Source: an uncultured candidatus Brocadiaceae bacterium (GTDB lineage: Bacteria > Planctomycetota > Brocadiia > SM23-32). From it: DNA of 64,000 nt. Where the stretch lies: assembly GCA_964572825.1 (NCBI GenBank), contig CAZNGS010000007.1, positions 31,716 through 95,715 of the forward strand, in the 5' to 3' direction. Of this stretch, positions 50,192 to 60,433 are shown one piece after another (within the stretch, counting starts at the first letter, position 1; each line of letters starts with the position of its first letter). The position numbers and the translations under genes were made by a program. Below the pieces are notes generated by a model. It was not told where the DNA came from. It saw only the letters and a program-made list of their open reading frames with translations, and did no database searches.

Positions 50192-51487
50192 ATGAAGGTG
50201 CTGGTTGTAGGTGGCGGAGGAAGGGAACATGCGCTGGTCTGGAAGATCGTCCAGTCTCCCCTGGTGGACCGGGTGTTCTGCGCACCGGGCAACGCCGGCA
50301 TCGCCCGCATGGCCGAATGCGTGGACATCGAGGATACCGACATACTGCACCTGCGCCGGTTCGCCCGGCAGAACTCGATCGACCTGACCGTCGCCGGCCC
50401 GGAAGCGCCTCTGGTGGAGGGCATCGTGGACTCGTTCGCCGGGGAGGGACTCAAGGTCTTCGGACCCAACCGGCTGGCGGCGCGCATCGAGGGCAGCAAA
50501 GTCTTCGCCAAGCAGTTGATGCGCCGCCACAATATACCCACGGCGTACTTCCGCACCTTCACCGCGCCCGACCGCGCCAAGGCCTACCTGGACATGGTGG
50601 GCGCGCCCATCGTGGTGAAGGCCGACGGCCTGGCCGGAGGCAAGGCCGCCATCGTCTGCCAGACCACCGAGGAAGCCTACGAGGCGGTTAACCGAATCAT
50701 GGCCCGCAGGGAATTCGGCGACGCCGGCGACCAGGTGGTCGTGGAAAACTGCCTGGTGGGCGAGGAGGTCAGTATGATCGCCTTCACCGACGGACAGACG
50801 ATCGCCGTCGTCCCCTCCTCCCAGGATCACAAGCCGGCCTACGACGGCGACGAGGGCCCCAACACCGGCGGCATGGGAGCCTACAGCCCCGCCCCCGTCA
50901 TGACCGACGAACTGGCCGCAGAAGTGGAGCGCGAGATACTGGTCCAGGGAGTCCACGCCATGAACCGGGAGGGCAAGCCCTACCGCGGGGCCCTCTACGC
51001 CGGCATCATGGTCACCAATGAGGGCCCCCAGGTGCTGGAATACAACTGCCGGCTGGGCGACCCCGAGACCCAGCCCCTGCTGATGCGGCTGGAGAGCGAC
51101 CTGGTGCCCATTCTGCTGGGGACCATCGACGGCACGCTGGAGGAAGTGGACATCCACTGGGCCCATCGCCCGACGCTCTGTGTGGTGATGGCCTCCGGCG
51201 ACTACCCCGTCGAGTACCAAAAGGGCTTCCCCATCGAGGGGATCGAGGACGCGGAGGCGATGGAGGACGTGATGGTCTTCCACGCCGGCACCGCCATCGA
51301 CCCCGATACGGGCAAACTGGTCACCGCCGGCGGGCGGGTCCTGGGGGTCACTGCGAGGGGCGATACCATCCGGGAGGCCAAAAGGCGCGCCTACGAAGCC
51401 GTGTCGAAGATACACTTCCGGGACGCCCACTACAGGACCGACATCGGGCAGAAGGCCATCGACCGCCTGGCCGGCGAGCCCGCCTGA
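50192..51487 (+). CDS. purD: Phosphoribosylamine--glycine ligase
   Basis: MKVLVVGGGGREHAL N-terminus, ATP-grasp core; 431 aa. Confidence 0.9.
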   Translation: MKVLVVGGGGREHALVWKIVQSPLVDRVFCAPGNAGIARMAECVDIEDTDILHLRRFARQNSIDLTVAGPEAPLVEGIVDSFAGEGLKVFGPNRLAARIEGSKVFAKQLMRRHNIPTAYFRTFTAPDRAKAYLDMVGAPIVVKADGLAGGKAAIVCQTTEEAYEAVNRIMARREFGDAGDQVVVENCLVGEEVSMIAFTDGQTIAVVPSSQDHKPAYDGDEGPNTGGMGAYSPAPVMTDELAAEVEREILVQGVHAMNREGKPYRGALYAGIMVTNEGPQVLEYNCRLGDPETQPLLMRLESDLVPILLGTIDGTLEEVDIHWAHRPTLCVVMASGDYPVEYQKGFPIEGIEDAEAMEDVMVFHAGTAIDPDTGKLVTAGGRVLGVTARGDTIREAKRRAYEAVSKIHFRDAHYRTDIGQKAIDRLAGEPA

Positions 51488-51610
51488 ATCCGTTCCGGCT
51501 CCGGGGCAAGGGGCGCCCGCCCGCTGGACGTGCCCGTCGGCGGAGGCCCCGGCGGCCTTCGAATGCTCCCGGCCCGTGCTCCACGTGCCGGGAGACCCCG
51601 AGCGGATCGT

Positions 51611-51850
51611 CTACTGCGGACCCACGTAGCGGGCTTGCACCCGGCGGAAATCAACCGCCAGCTCCCGCCGCAGCCCCTCGGCATCGTCCGGATCCAGCCC
51701 GAAATGCTCCTTCAACCGCCGGTCTATGCCCGGGTTGGCGCTGTAGTCGATGGGCACCCGGTCCGGCTCCCGCAGCGCCAGCGCCGTCAGCACGCGTTCT
51801 CCGGGGATCATCTTCGGATCGCTTCGCTCACCAGGGATTCTCGACGCCAT
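51611..51850 (-). pseudogene. URO-D-like protein, N-terminal fragment only
   Basis: …ERVLTALALREPDRVPIDY… matches URO-D-like N-terminus; only 79 aa before running into purD downstream region; overlaps sulfatase-like gene end. Confidence 0.45.
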
Positions 51851-53222
51851 CGAAAGAACCCGGATCGAATTCCGCCAGCGCCTCGTGCATGCGGCGGCAG
51901 ACGTCCGGACGCTCGCCGGCCGTGTTGCGCGCCTGCGCGGGATCGCCCTTCAGGTCGATCAGGTGCGGTTGCTGGTCGTTGTCCGGCCAGCAGGTGTAGA
52001 TCCAGTCCCGGCTCATGGCCTGTTTGGTCCCGGCGCCGGAGTGCAGGCAGCAGTTGAAGGCGTACTCGCGCTCGGGCAGCGGGCCGCCCTGCACGGCCGG
52101 CATCAGCGACTCGCCCTGCAGGTCCTCCGGCGACTCCAGGCCGAACAGCTCCAAAACGGTCGGGTGCAGATCCCAGGGCTGCACGATGCCCTCATGGCGC
52201 ACCTGATCGGTCTGGCCGGGCAGCCTCACGAAAAGCGGTATGCGCATGGTGCCGGTGCGCAGGGGCAGAAAGGTGGGATTGTGCAGACCGAAGTCGCCGG
52301 AGACCAGCCACGCCTTCTCGTCGCAGACCAGCCAGGGCTTGCCCACGCAGCCCGCGTCGCCCTCGTGGCCCGCGTAAATGCCGTGATCGGAGGTAAAGAC
52401 GATGGCCGTCTCCTCCAGGAGGCCCAGCCGGTCCAGCGCCGCCAGCAGCCTGCCCACGGCGTGGTCCACCATGCTGACCTCGCCGGCGTAGCGGGCCTGC
52501 GTGTGCCGTATCTCGCGGTCGGTGATGCCCATCTTGCGGTAGTAGCCGTAGGGGGGAAACTCGAAGACGCGCCCCTCGTAGCCGGGGTCGTAGCGGTCGA
52601 TATACCACGGCGGCGTGTCCCAGGGCTCGTGCGGGTCGAAGACCTCCAGCCAGAGCAGGAAATCCTCCCGTCGCCAGTTCCGCTCCAGCCATTCGCAGGC
52701 CATCTTGAAGGTGCGCGGCGCGAAGTAGTCCTCCTCGAACCACCTCCGGGCGCGGTTCATCAGCACGCGGCGAAGGCCGGCCTCGTTGTACCGGATCAGC
52801 TCAGGCGGCAGGGGGTATTCGAACGATGCGCTGTCGTCGGAGAAATACGGGTCGCCCTCCTGGCCGCGGTTGACCACCCAGGCGTCGAACCCCTTGTGCA
52901 TGTTGCGTCCGCCGGTCGTGCAATTAGCGACGTCGGTGATCATCTGGGTGTGGACGCCGCCCTCCCCCAGCCGCTGGGCGAGGGTCACCTCCTCCGGCTC
53001 GATGTTCTTCCAGGAGTTGAACGGGGTGCCGGGGGCCTGGCCCATCCCCACGTGGATATCGCGACGGTTCGGACCCGTGGGGAAGGAGCCGGCATACATG
53101 CGGTCGAACACGTGCGACATGCCGGCGAGCCGGTCCAGGTTGGGGGTGTGGATCCACGCATTGCCGTAAGCGCCGATGTGGTCGCGCCGGAACGAGTCGG
53201 ACAGGATGAAGATGGCCTTCAT
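51828..53222 (-). CDS. Sulfatase-like hydrolase (alkaline phosphatase superfamily) with non-canonical active-site motif
   Basis: N-terminal metal-binding DS…DHIG region and sulfatase fold length (464 aa) but the (C/S)xPxR FGly motif is replaced by TGPNR. Confidence 0.65.
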   Translation of the reverse strand: MKAIFILSDSFRRDHIGAYGNAWIHTPNLDRLAGMSHVFDRMYAGSFPTGPNRRDIHVGMGQAPGTPFNSWKNIEPEEVTLAQRLGEGGVHTQMITDVANCTTGGRNMHKGFDAWVVNRGQEGDPYFSDDSASFEYPLPPELIRYNEAGLRRVLMNRARRWFEEDYFAPRTFKMACEWLERNWRREDFLLWLEVFDPHEPWDTPPWYIDRYDPGYEGRVFEFPPYGYYRKMGITDREIRHTQARYAGEVSMVDHAVGRLLAALDRLGLLEETAIVFTSDHGIYAGHEGDAGCVGKPWLVCDEKAWLVSGDFGLHNPTFLPLRTGTMRIPLFVRLPGQTDQVRHEGIVQPWDLHPTVLELFGLESPEDLQGESLMPAVQGGPLPEREYAFNCCLHSGAGTKQAMSRDWIYTCWPDNDQQPHLIDLKGDPAQARNTAGERPDVCRRMHEALAEFDPGSFDGVENPW

Positions 53223-53433
53223 ACGGGCAAGCTCCTCGATTGCCGGGAAACTCAGCCGGGGGCGGCCGAGCTACACTGCCAACAGACGGTTTGCCCCGTC
53301 TCACTGGCGCCAATCGTAATGCCCCCCGTCCGGCGGCGCAAGTATCGCCGCGATTGGCGCTTTGACCACGCGGCGCGGCTCCACTATGGTGGAGTCCCGG
53401 TCCCGGTGAAATCATTGCGAAAGGGGACGTGCG

Positions 53434-54831
53434 ATGGACGACGTGTTCGTGGGCGTGACGATGGGTCCGACCTCGTTCTACGACGAGGGCATTGACTTCG
53501 TGCTCGACCTGCTGCAGGAGAAGGCGGCCGTCAACGCCGTCGCCTGCTACACCTACCAGCGGATGACGCCCGGCTGCCGCCCACCCGGGGCCATCGCGGA
53601 CCACGGCCGGCCGATCGACCGCGCCCGGGACGACGACAAGTTGACCTGGGTCGAGGTCAACGAAGAGTACTACGGCGGCACCTTCCTGCGCCACCAGACC
53701 AACCTGCCGGAGGAGAAATACTACGAGAAGGACATCCTGGCCGACCTGGAGGGGCCGGCGACGAGCCGCGGCGTCCGCGTCTATGCCCGCATCCTGGAGG
53801 GCTGGCGTTATCCCCGGCGGCCGAACTTCTTGAAGGTGCACGAAACCGACGCCCTGGGGCGCGTCACCGGCCGCCCCTGCTACAACCATCCGGACTATGT
53901 CAACTTCTGGCTGGGCAGCACCGAGGACCTCTTCCGGACATACCCCTACCTGGCCGGCATCTACTGGGGCTCGGAGAACAACGGTCCGCTGGGCGTTACG
54001 CTCTACGGCGGCATGCCGAGCTGCTTCTGCGAGCACTGCCGTCGGAAGACCCGGGATCGCGGCGTGGACCCGGAGAGGGCACGCGAGGGCTACCTGGGGC
54101 TGCGGGAGCTGGTGCAGACACTGCGGGCCGGAGAGCGGCCCCCGGACGGCGCCCTGGTCTCCATACTGCGCCTGCTGCTGGATTACCCCGAAATCCTGGC
54201 CTGGGAGCGGCAGTGGGTGGATTCCTACAACGGTCTCGCCCGGCGGCTGGCCGGCGCGCTGAAGGCGATGGACCCCCGGTACGAGCTCGGCTACCACGCC
54301 GACCACGGCATCACGGGGCTGAACCTGTTCAAGCGCGTGGGCTTCGACCACGCCGAGCTGGCCCAGTTTTACGACTGGATCAAGCCCTGCGTCTATCACA
54401 CCTGCATAGGGCCGCGGCTCAGCGGCAACCTCGAGAGCCTGCACCGGGCGCTGCTGGCCGACCTGAGCAAATCCCAGGCACTGGACCTCGTCTACGCCGT
54501 TAACGGCTACGATCCCGCCGACGAGCCGAACGTCCAGCAACTGGCCTCGAAGGACCTGGAAACCGCCCGGATGTCCGAGGACTATACATACCGCGAGGTC
54601 GACCGGGCCGTGCGGCGGGTGGACGGCGCGTGCCGCATCTACGCGGGTGTCTCCAGCGGCATCCCCGTCTGGGGCAAGCCGGCCCCGGAGGACCCGGAAA
54701 TCACCTACACCAACTGCATGCAGGCCCTGGAAGCCGGTGCCGACGGGATTCTGCTCAGCCGGGAATACGACGAGGTCGAGAACCAAAACCTGGAGGCGGT
54801 CGGCCGCGCCGTGCGGGAGTGGCAGGAGTAA
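53434..54831 (+). CDS. Hypothetical protein (465 aa), possibly TIM-barrel carbohydrate-active
   Basis: Long well-behaved ORF; no family recognised. Confidence 0.5.
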   Translation: MDDVFVGVTMGPTSFYDEGIDFVLDLLQEKAAVNAVACYTYQRMTPGCRPPGAIADHGRPIDRARDDDKLTWVEVNEEYYGGTFLRHQTNLPEEKYYEKDILADLEGPATSRGVRVYARILEGWRYPRRPNFLKVHETDALGRVTGRPCYNHPDYVNFWLGSTEDLFRTYPYLAGIYWGSENNGPLGVTLYGGMPSCFCEHCRRKTRDRGVDPERAREGYLGLRELVQTLRAGERPPDGALVSILRLLLDYPEILAWERQWVDSYNGLARRLAGALKAMDPRYELGYHADHGITGLNLFKRVGFDHAELAQFYDWIKPCVYHTCIGPRLSGNLESLHRALLADLSKSQALDLVYAVNGYDPADEPNVQQLASKDLETARMSEDYTYREVDRAVRRVDGACRIYAGVSSGIPVWGKPAPEDPEITYTNCMQALEAGADGILLSREYDEVENQNLEAVGRAVREWQE

Positions 54832-55087
54832 CGGTTGGTCAGTCCCCTGCCGTCCCGTTCAAGGCTTCACGGCAGGGCTCCTCGGCCTGCTTCCGGGACG
54901 CAGCGAGAAAGGCGGCGTCCGGCACCGTCAGCGCGGAGCCGCCGGCGCTCAGCGCACCGCGGACTATGGGCCCGGCCGGTCACATCCGGCATCCATTGCG
55001 CGGCCACGCCAGGCCTCCGGACCGCCGTGAAGCTGTCGTCCTTCAGCAGCCTGACCGCCTCTCCCATCGTGCCGTTGCTCGTGGGGC

Positions 55088-56398
55088 TCATCGTGCGGGC
55101 CGCTTCCCCGTGAGGGACGAGCGCAGCAGGCGGAACTTCTGCCCCCGAGGCGGACTGATGTCCGGCACGATTCCCATGCGGAACTGCACCTCCGGTCCCA
55201 GCTTCGCGGCCAGCCTGCCCTCCATGGCGCGCACCGCACCCGGCGGCGGTTCGCGCAGCAGGGAGACCTGCAGTGTCACGCGGTCCTCGCTCTCCTGCGT
55301 GAACCGGTAGCGCTTGATCCAGTTCGCCCCGTACACCACCTCCCCTACCAGGCGGTAGGGGTGCAGCAACCGGCCGCCCGGCAGGCGCAGGTAATCCAGC
55401 GTTCTGCCCTGGATGGTGCGTAAGGTTCCGAACGGGGCGCCGCACGCACAGCGCGGGGATCCCTGGACCACGACGTCCGCCAGCCGGTAGCGGATGAACG
55501 GCATCGCGTAGCAGAACAGGTTTGTCCCGACCAGTTCCCCTTCCTCTCCGGGGTCGGCCGGTTGGCCGTCACGGAGCACCTCCACGGTCACGGCGTCGTC
55601 ACAGGTATGCAGCTCGCCGGTCTCCGGGCACTCCCAGGCTATCAGGTTCAGCTCGTGGCTGCCATAGGTCATGTACAGCGGCGCGCCGAAGGCGGCCTGG
55701 ATACATCGCTTCATCCCCTCCGTCACGGTCTCGCTGCCCGTGCCCACCAGGCGCGGCCGGATGAGCCTCCGATCCTGCTCGGTCACCCGTTCCGCCACGC
55801 GCAACAGCACGCTGGGTATGCCGTCCAGCGTGTCCGGGCGGAAGGCCCGCAGGTCCCGCAGTATGTCATCCAGCTCTGCGTCGGCGTCGATCACGAACCG
55901 CCGGTTCATCCCCAGGAAGCGCAGCACCGGGGTGTAGAAAGTTGCGCGTCTATGCTCACGGTGGCCCGCGTAGCGTATCGAGGCGTGGCGGTCCCCCGAA
56001 CGCCCACCCCAGTCGCGGTAGGCCCGCAGCCAGTAACCGAAGGACAGGAACCGCTCCCACCAGGTTTGCCAGATCGTGAACGGTTCGGCGGTGGCCCCCC
56101 CGGTCCTGACACGGTGGAGGCGATCGGGATCCAGCCCTCGTGCCACTGTCGCGCGCGGGCCGGCCTCCCGCAGGTCCTCTTTGGTCGTAATGGGCACCGC
56201 GCGCAGGTCCGCGGCCCGGCGGATCGAGTCGGGGTCAATGCCCCTCTGCTCGAAAAGGCGACGGTAGTACGGGACGCGGTCCCAGGCGTGGCGGATCAGC
56301 CTCCGCAGGGCACGGTCTCGCGCGGCGATCAGCCTCTCCCGGCTGCCCGGGGCGTGTCCCCGCAGTGCCCGAATCGCCGGGACCAAAGTCGGCCACAT
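55088..56398 (-). CDS. Phenylacetate-CoA ligase-like adenylate-forming enzyme (PaaK/CapK/F390-synthetase family)
   Basis: Family-typical N-terminus (…WDRVPYYRRLFEQRGIDPDSI…VPITTKEDLRE…) and adenylation core; 436 aa. Confidence 0.7.
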   Translation of the reverse strand: MWPTLVPAIRALRGHAPGSRERLIAARDRALRRLIRHAWDRVPYYRRLFEQRGIDPDSIRRAADLRAVPITTKEDLREAGPRATVARGLDPDRLHRVRTGGATAEPFTIWQTWWERFLSFGYWLRAYRDWGGRSGDRHASIRYAGHREHRRATFYTPVLRFLGMNRRFVIDADAELDDILRDLRAFRPDTLDGIPSVLLRVAERVTEQDRRLIRPRLVGTGSETVTEGMKRCIQAAFGAPLYMTYGSHELNLIAWECPETGELHTCDDAVTVEVLRDGQPADPGEEGELVGTNLFCYAMPFIRYRLADVVVQGSPRCACGAPFGTLRTIQGRTLDYLRLPGGRLLHPYRLVGEVVYGANWIKRYRFTQESEDRVTLQVSLLREPPPGAVRAMEGRLAAKLGPEVQFRMGIVPDISPPRGQKFRLLRSSLTGKRPAR

Positions 56399-56554
56399 AC
56401 GTGCCCCCTTCGTTCAAACGGATGCGCGAGAACCCACAAATCCCCCTGCCGACGCCAGGTCAGATTTTAGAAAGTCCGCCCTGTTTGGTCAAACGCGCAG
56501 GTCGCGGCGTGTAGGCGGGCGGCCCTCGGCACTGTCCGGCCGCGCGCCTGTGCA

Positions 56555-57997
56555 TTGCTGCGCAAAGAATTTTTGACATTACACGTGCCAGCGCGTATGC
56601 TTACGGCCAGTGCCTGCGCGCAGCTATCTGTCAGAAGGCAAGTCCGGAGGGGATGCCAGATAAGCGGATCCGCGGCGAAACGTAGCTGGCTGCGGGAGTG
56701 GTGGTTCGTCTGGCTGCCGCTGGGCTTCCTGGCGCTGGTGGCGGTGGGGTATGGGACTTACCGGGCTATCCTGCGGCGTCGGGTGAAGGCCTCCCTGCAG
56801 GCCATCCGCGACGCCGGCTATCCCGCCACGCCCGAAGAGCTGGATGCCTGGTACGAAGAACCGCCGCCCGGCCAGAATGCCGCGGCCGTCTACATGCAGG
56901 CCTTCGGAGCCCTGGTCGAGCCGAGCGCGGATCAGGAGCAAATCCTCCCCCTGGTCGGTGAGGCGGAGCTCCCGCCCGTGGGCGAGCCGATGCCCGACGA
57001 CATGAAGGCAGCGGTGCGCCAGCATCTCGACGCCAACGCGGAAACCCTCCGACTTCTGCACGAAGCAGCCTCGTTCGAGCAATGCCGCTACCCGGTGGAT
57101 CTGGGACAGGGCCTTGCAGCCGGGATGCGCTATCTCTCACAAATTCGTCACTGCACCGAATTGCTATCTCTGACGGCCGAGTCCCGAGCCCGCCGAGGAG
57201 ATAAAGCCGGTGCGGCCGCGGCCCTGATGGACGCCCTTGCTCTGGGGGAATCACTGCGCAAAGAACCCATGCTGCTGTCCCAGCTTGTACGCGTGGCCTG
57301 TCACGCAATCTCCGCGGACGGCCTCGAAGGGGTGCTGTCGACCGGCGGAGTTCCCGACGGCTCACTGAAGGAACTGAGGGAACGCGTCCGTGAAAGTATA
57401 CCCCTGGGAGGAATGGAGACCGCACTGATCGGGGAAAGGGCCATAGTCTTCTGGGCAAGCGAACGGTTACCGCACGAGGCGGGACCGTCACACCTGAAAT
57501 TGGTGGTGCTGGACGTTACTGGTCTCCTGGAATTGGATTTGGTTTATTACCTGGACGCGATGGGAAGGGTGATCGAGGTTGCCGGGAAGCCCTTTCCCCG
57601 CCGCCTCGAAGAGGCCCGGAAGACTGCGTCGCAGATCGAAGAGGAGATCGACAGCGCCCTTGAATTGCACTACCTCTCCGCCATGCTTTTCCCGGGCGTA
57701 GGTCGGGCGTTTGCAGAAGAGGCGAGCGCGGTCGCCCTGCTGCGCGCGGCGCAGGCCAGCCTTGCGGTGGAGCGTTACCGGCTGGACAACCGGCAATTAC
57801 CACGCAACCTCTCCCAACTCGCACCCGAGTATATAGACGAGGTCCCCCGGGACCCCTTCGACGGAAAGCCCTTGCGGTACAAGAGACTCGAGGCGGGTTA
57901 CGTGGTTTACAGCGTGGGAGCAAACACCACGGACAACGGTGGGGCAGAGACCGAGGACGAGAGGACCGGCGACATCGTCTTCCGCGTGACGCGGTAG
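56555..57997 (+). CDS. Hypothetical membrane-anchored protein; true start probably downstream of 56555
   Basis: Single TM (WWFVWLPLGFLALVAVGYGTY) then ~400-aa soluble domain; candidate TTGACA-N17-TATGCT promoter at 56574-56602 lies inside the annotated ORF, so the start is likely a later GTG/TTG. Confidence 0.5.
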   Translation: MLRKEFLTLHVPARMLTASACAQLSVRRQVRRGCQISGSAAKRSWLREWWFVWLPLGFLALVAVGYGTYRAILRRRVKASLQAIRDAGYPATPEELDAWYEEPPPGQNAAAVYMQAFGALVEPSADQEQILPLVGEAELPPVGEPMPDDMKAAVRQHLDANAETLRLLHEAASFEQCRYPVDLGQGLAAGMRYLSQIRHCTELLSLTAESRARRGDKAGAAAALMDALALGESLRKEPMLLSQLVRVACHAISADGLEGVLSTGGVPDGSLKELRERVRESIPLGGMETALIGERAIVFWASERLPHEAGPSHLKLVVLDVTGLLELDLVYYLDAMGRVIEVAGKPFPRRLEEARKTASQIEEEIDSALELHYLSAMLFPGVGRAFAEEASAVALLRAAQASLAVERYRLDNRQLPRNLSQLAPEYIDEVPRDPFDGKPLRYKRLEAGYVVYSVGANTTDNGGAETEDERTGDIVFRVTR

Positions 57998-58325
57998 ATG
58001 CAACGGACCCCGGGCGATAGCGCTGTGGTGGGTGACCGTAAACCTGGCGGACCAGCACAATGAAGAAAGCGCCAAAGCAACGGTAGCTGGCTGGGGAACC
58101 CTTGCCTCGTCAGGCCCGACAGGGCCGTCTCAAGATTACCCCGGGGTCAGGGGGAAGCCGCGCCGTGCGAACCCGTCTCGGCGGGCAAGCGGCTGGGGAT
58201 AGAAGTCCGAAAGGCCAGAAGAGTTCCCGGAAGGGCCGCTCCCGACAACGGAGAACGTCCGAAAGCCAGGGGGGCCGACTTTCTTCATGCCGACTCAAAA
58301 TGGTGGATGAACTACTTCCCGGGTT

Positions 58326-60214
58326 ATAGGGGTAGGGACGGTGCCTTGGTGCGCCGCCCCTCCCTCCGAACCGTGCGTGCGGTTCTCCCGGCACACGGCT
58401 CTCCAGTCGGTGGTTATCCGCGTCCGGGCTGGCAGGCAGCAGCATGGGCGTGCTCAAGGGTGAATAACCCATGTGCCCGAAAGAAGTCGTTCGGCCAGCG
58501 TTGATGGTCCCGGCCCCGGCTGATACCCCGAAGACCCATTCTGGCCCGCAGGATGCTGCGAAGCCGCCTCCGCACCCAGCCGTCCACGCTTCGTAACCGG
58601 GACCCGCGACTGTGCTTGAAGTACTCAAACCAGCCCCGGAGCGTCCGGTTGACGTCGGCTATGATGCACGGCAGACTATCGCCCCGCGTCCGTTTGGTCT
58701 TCGGCCGCAGACTGGCCCGAAGCCGCTTAATGCTGCGCGGCCGGGGCCACCGGCGGCCTGCCTGGAAGCGGTAGCCGAGGAAGTCGAATGAGTCGTCCGG
58801 GTCGCCTGTGTCCACCAGCCGGGTCTTCTCCGGGTGCAGGGTCAGGCCCCGCTCCCCGCAGAGACTCTCGACCAGATCCAGCGCCTCCCGGGCCTGCCGC
58901 TCCGTGCGGCAGAGGATGACGAAGTCGTCCGCGTAGCGGACCATCTCGTATCCCGCCTCGGCCATGGCCCGGTCTATCGGGTGCAGGTAGATATTCGCCA
59001 GAAGCGGGCTCAGTACCGCCCCTTGGGGCGTGCCCCGCTCCGGCGTCCACCGCTCCAGACCGTCCATGACCGGCTGCCGCAGGAAGGCCCGAACGAGGGC
59101 CAGCAGGCGCCCGTCGGCAATCCGCCTCTCCACCTCGGCCATCAGACGGTCCTGGGGGATGCTGTCGAAGTAACTCTTCAGGTCAGCATCCACCACCCAC
59201 CGGTGGCCGCACTTCAGCAGCCGGTCCACCTCGCGGAGCGCATCCTTGCAGCCCAGACCGGGCCGGAAGCCGTAACTGCCCTGCACAAACTCCCGCTCGA
59301 AGATCGGCTCTATCACCAGCCGCACCGCCGCCTGCACGACACGGTCGCGCACGGCGGGTATCCCCAGCGGGCGTTTCTCCTTCTTGCCGGGCTTCTCGAT
59401 CCAGACCCGCTTTACGGGCCGGGGCCGATATGTGCCGCTCCGCAGCTCGGCCTGGAGCCTGCTAAGGTTGCGTTCCAGCTCGGCTTCGAACCCTCCGATG
59501 CCCTGGTGGTCAACTCCCGCGCTTCCCCGGTTCGCCTTCACCTGCTCGAAGGCAATCCGCAGGGTATCGAGTCGCCAGACCTTGTCAATCAGGCTGAACC
59601 ATACGCCTCCTTTCACTCCTTTTTCCAGAGCTGCCAGCATGCGGTCCGTCCACACGGAGCGTTCAACCCGATCCCGATCGACGGGACGGGTCTCTCCCGC
59701 TTGTTTAGGCCGCCCGTGGGCGTCCACTTCCGCGGGTCTGTCTTCGCCCGGCGTGGTCATCACGCATCCACCTTCCTGCGTCCCTTCGCTCTGCGGGAGT
59801 TAGCCCGCTTCGTCGCTACTATGGACGCTCTGACTTCTGCCCGGCCCGTCCCCGGCCAATCCGCAGACGTCCTTGAAGCCGAACAGTTCTCCCTGTTTCA
59901 CGCGCATGGCCTTTGCGACCGTTCCGTCTCCAAACACCTGACGCCACCCCGCCATCCCTTTAACACGCTACCCCTCAGGGTGTCGGGCACTCCGCCCTGG
60001 GCGGATTTGGGCTTCGCCACTGACTCGCAGGCTCGCCGCTTGCGCCCGGCCGAATCGAGTTCGTTATCCTACGGACCGGTCACTCACCTCCTGTTGCTTC
60101 CCACCCCGCCTCACGGCGACGCAGTTACAGTTAGTTACGGGCCGGAGAGCGTCTACCCGGAGAGGACTTGACCCTCCGTCGCACCTCTCTGGCCACACAC
60201 GCTCACAGGCGCAC
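58326..60214 (-). mobile_element. Group II intron (compact, bacterial class-C-like) with intron-encoded RT/maturase
   Basis: 5' end GTGCGCC (revcomp of 60208-60214), RT ORF 58414-59763, domain V GAGCCGTGTGCCGGGAGAACCGCACGCACGGTTC at 58368-58401 (minus) 12 nt after ORF stop, DVI-like helix with bulged A and ...CCCCTAT 3' end near 58326; boundaries approximate. Confidence 0.75.
58414..59763 (-). CDS. Group II intron reverse transcriptase/maturase (no HNH endonuclease domain evident)
   Basis: RT motifs incl. YADDFVIL, maturase X domain (…RGWFEYFKH…); C-terminus lacks Cys-rich En domain. Confidence 0.9.
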   Translation of the reverse strand: MMTTPGEDRPAEVDAHGRPKQAGETRPVDRDRVERSVWTDRMLAALEKGVKGGVWFSLIDKVWRLDTLRIAFEQVKANRGSAGVDHQGIGGFEAELERNLSRLQAELRSGTYRPRPVKRVWIEKPGKKEKRPLGIPAVRDRVVQAAVRLVIEPIFEREFVQGSYGFRPGLGCKDALREVDRLLKCGHRWVVDADLKSYFDSIPQDRLMAEVERRIADGRLLALVRAFLRQPVMDGLERWTPERGTPQGAVLSPLLANIYLHPIDRAMAEAGYEMVRYADDFVILCRTERQAREALDLVESLCGERGLTLHPEKTRLVDTGDPDDSFDFLGYRFQAGRRWPRPRSIKRLRASLRPKTKRTRGDSLPCIIADVNRTLRGWFEYFKHSRGSRLRSVDGWVRRRLRSILRARMGLRGISRGRDHQRWPNDFFRAHGLFTLEHAHAAACQPGRG

Positions 60215-60433
60215 GAGTCGCCCCTTTCGGGGCTCCGGAATCCTTTTTGCCCGTTTTCCCAGGGCTCTCCCGCCCGGCGGGTTCGCCCTGGGAGGGGAAA
60301 CCCCAAAAACCGAAAGAGCCCCCGGAGGAGGCGAGTCAATGACAGCCCGGGGATTGTCCGGCCGGGCTGCCGGGACGAACGGTCGACTTGCCACCGGCCT
60401 GACCGGCCATTACAATCTACGCGGGAAGAACTT

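Noticed and set aside
51828-53222. Calling this a bona fide arylsulfatase
   Set aside because: The canonical FGly signature (C/S-x-P-x-R) is not present at the expected position (TGPNR instead). It is labelled sulfatase-like only.
56574-56602. Treating 56555 as the true start of the downstream membrane-protein gene
   Set aside because: A good TTGACA-N17-TATGCT promoter lies inside that reading frame. The real start codon is more likely a downstream GTG/TTG before the TM helix, so the coordinates are given as approximate.
60215-60433. Rho-independent terminator on the plus strand (gcccctttcggggc followed by …tccttttt)
   Set aside because: The T-run is about 10 nt from the stem, and there is no upstream plus-strand gene to terminate. 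The hairpin is better explained as the target-site stem-loop at the group II intron 5' junction on the minus strand.
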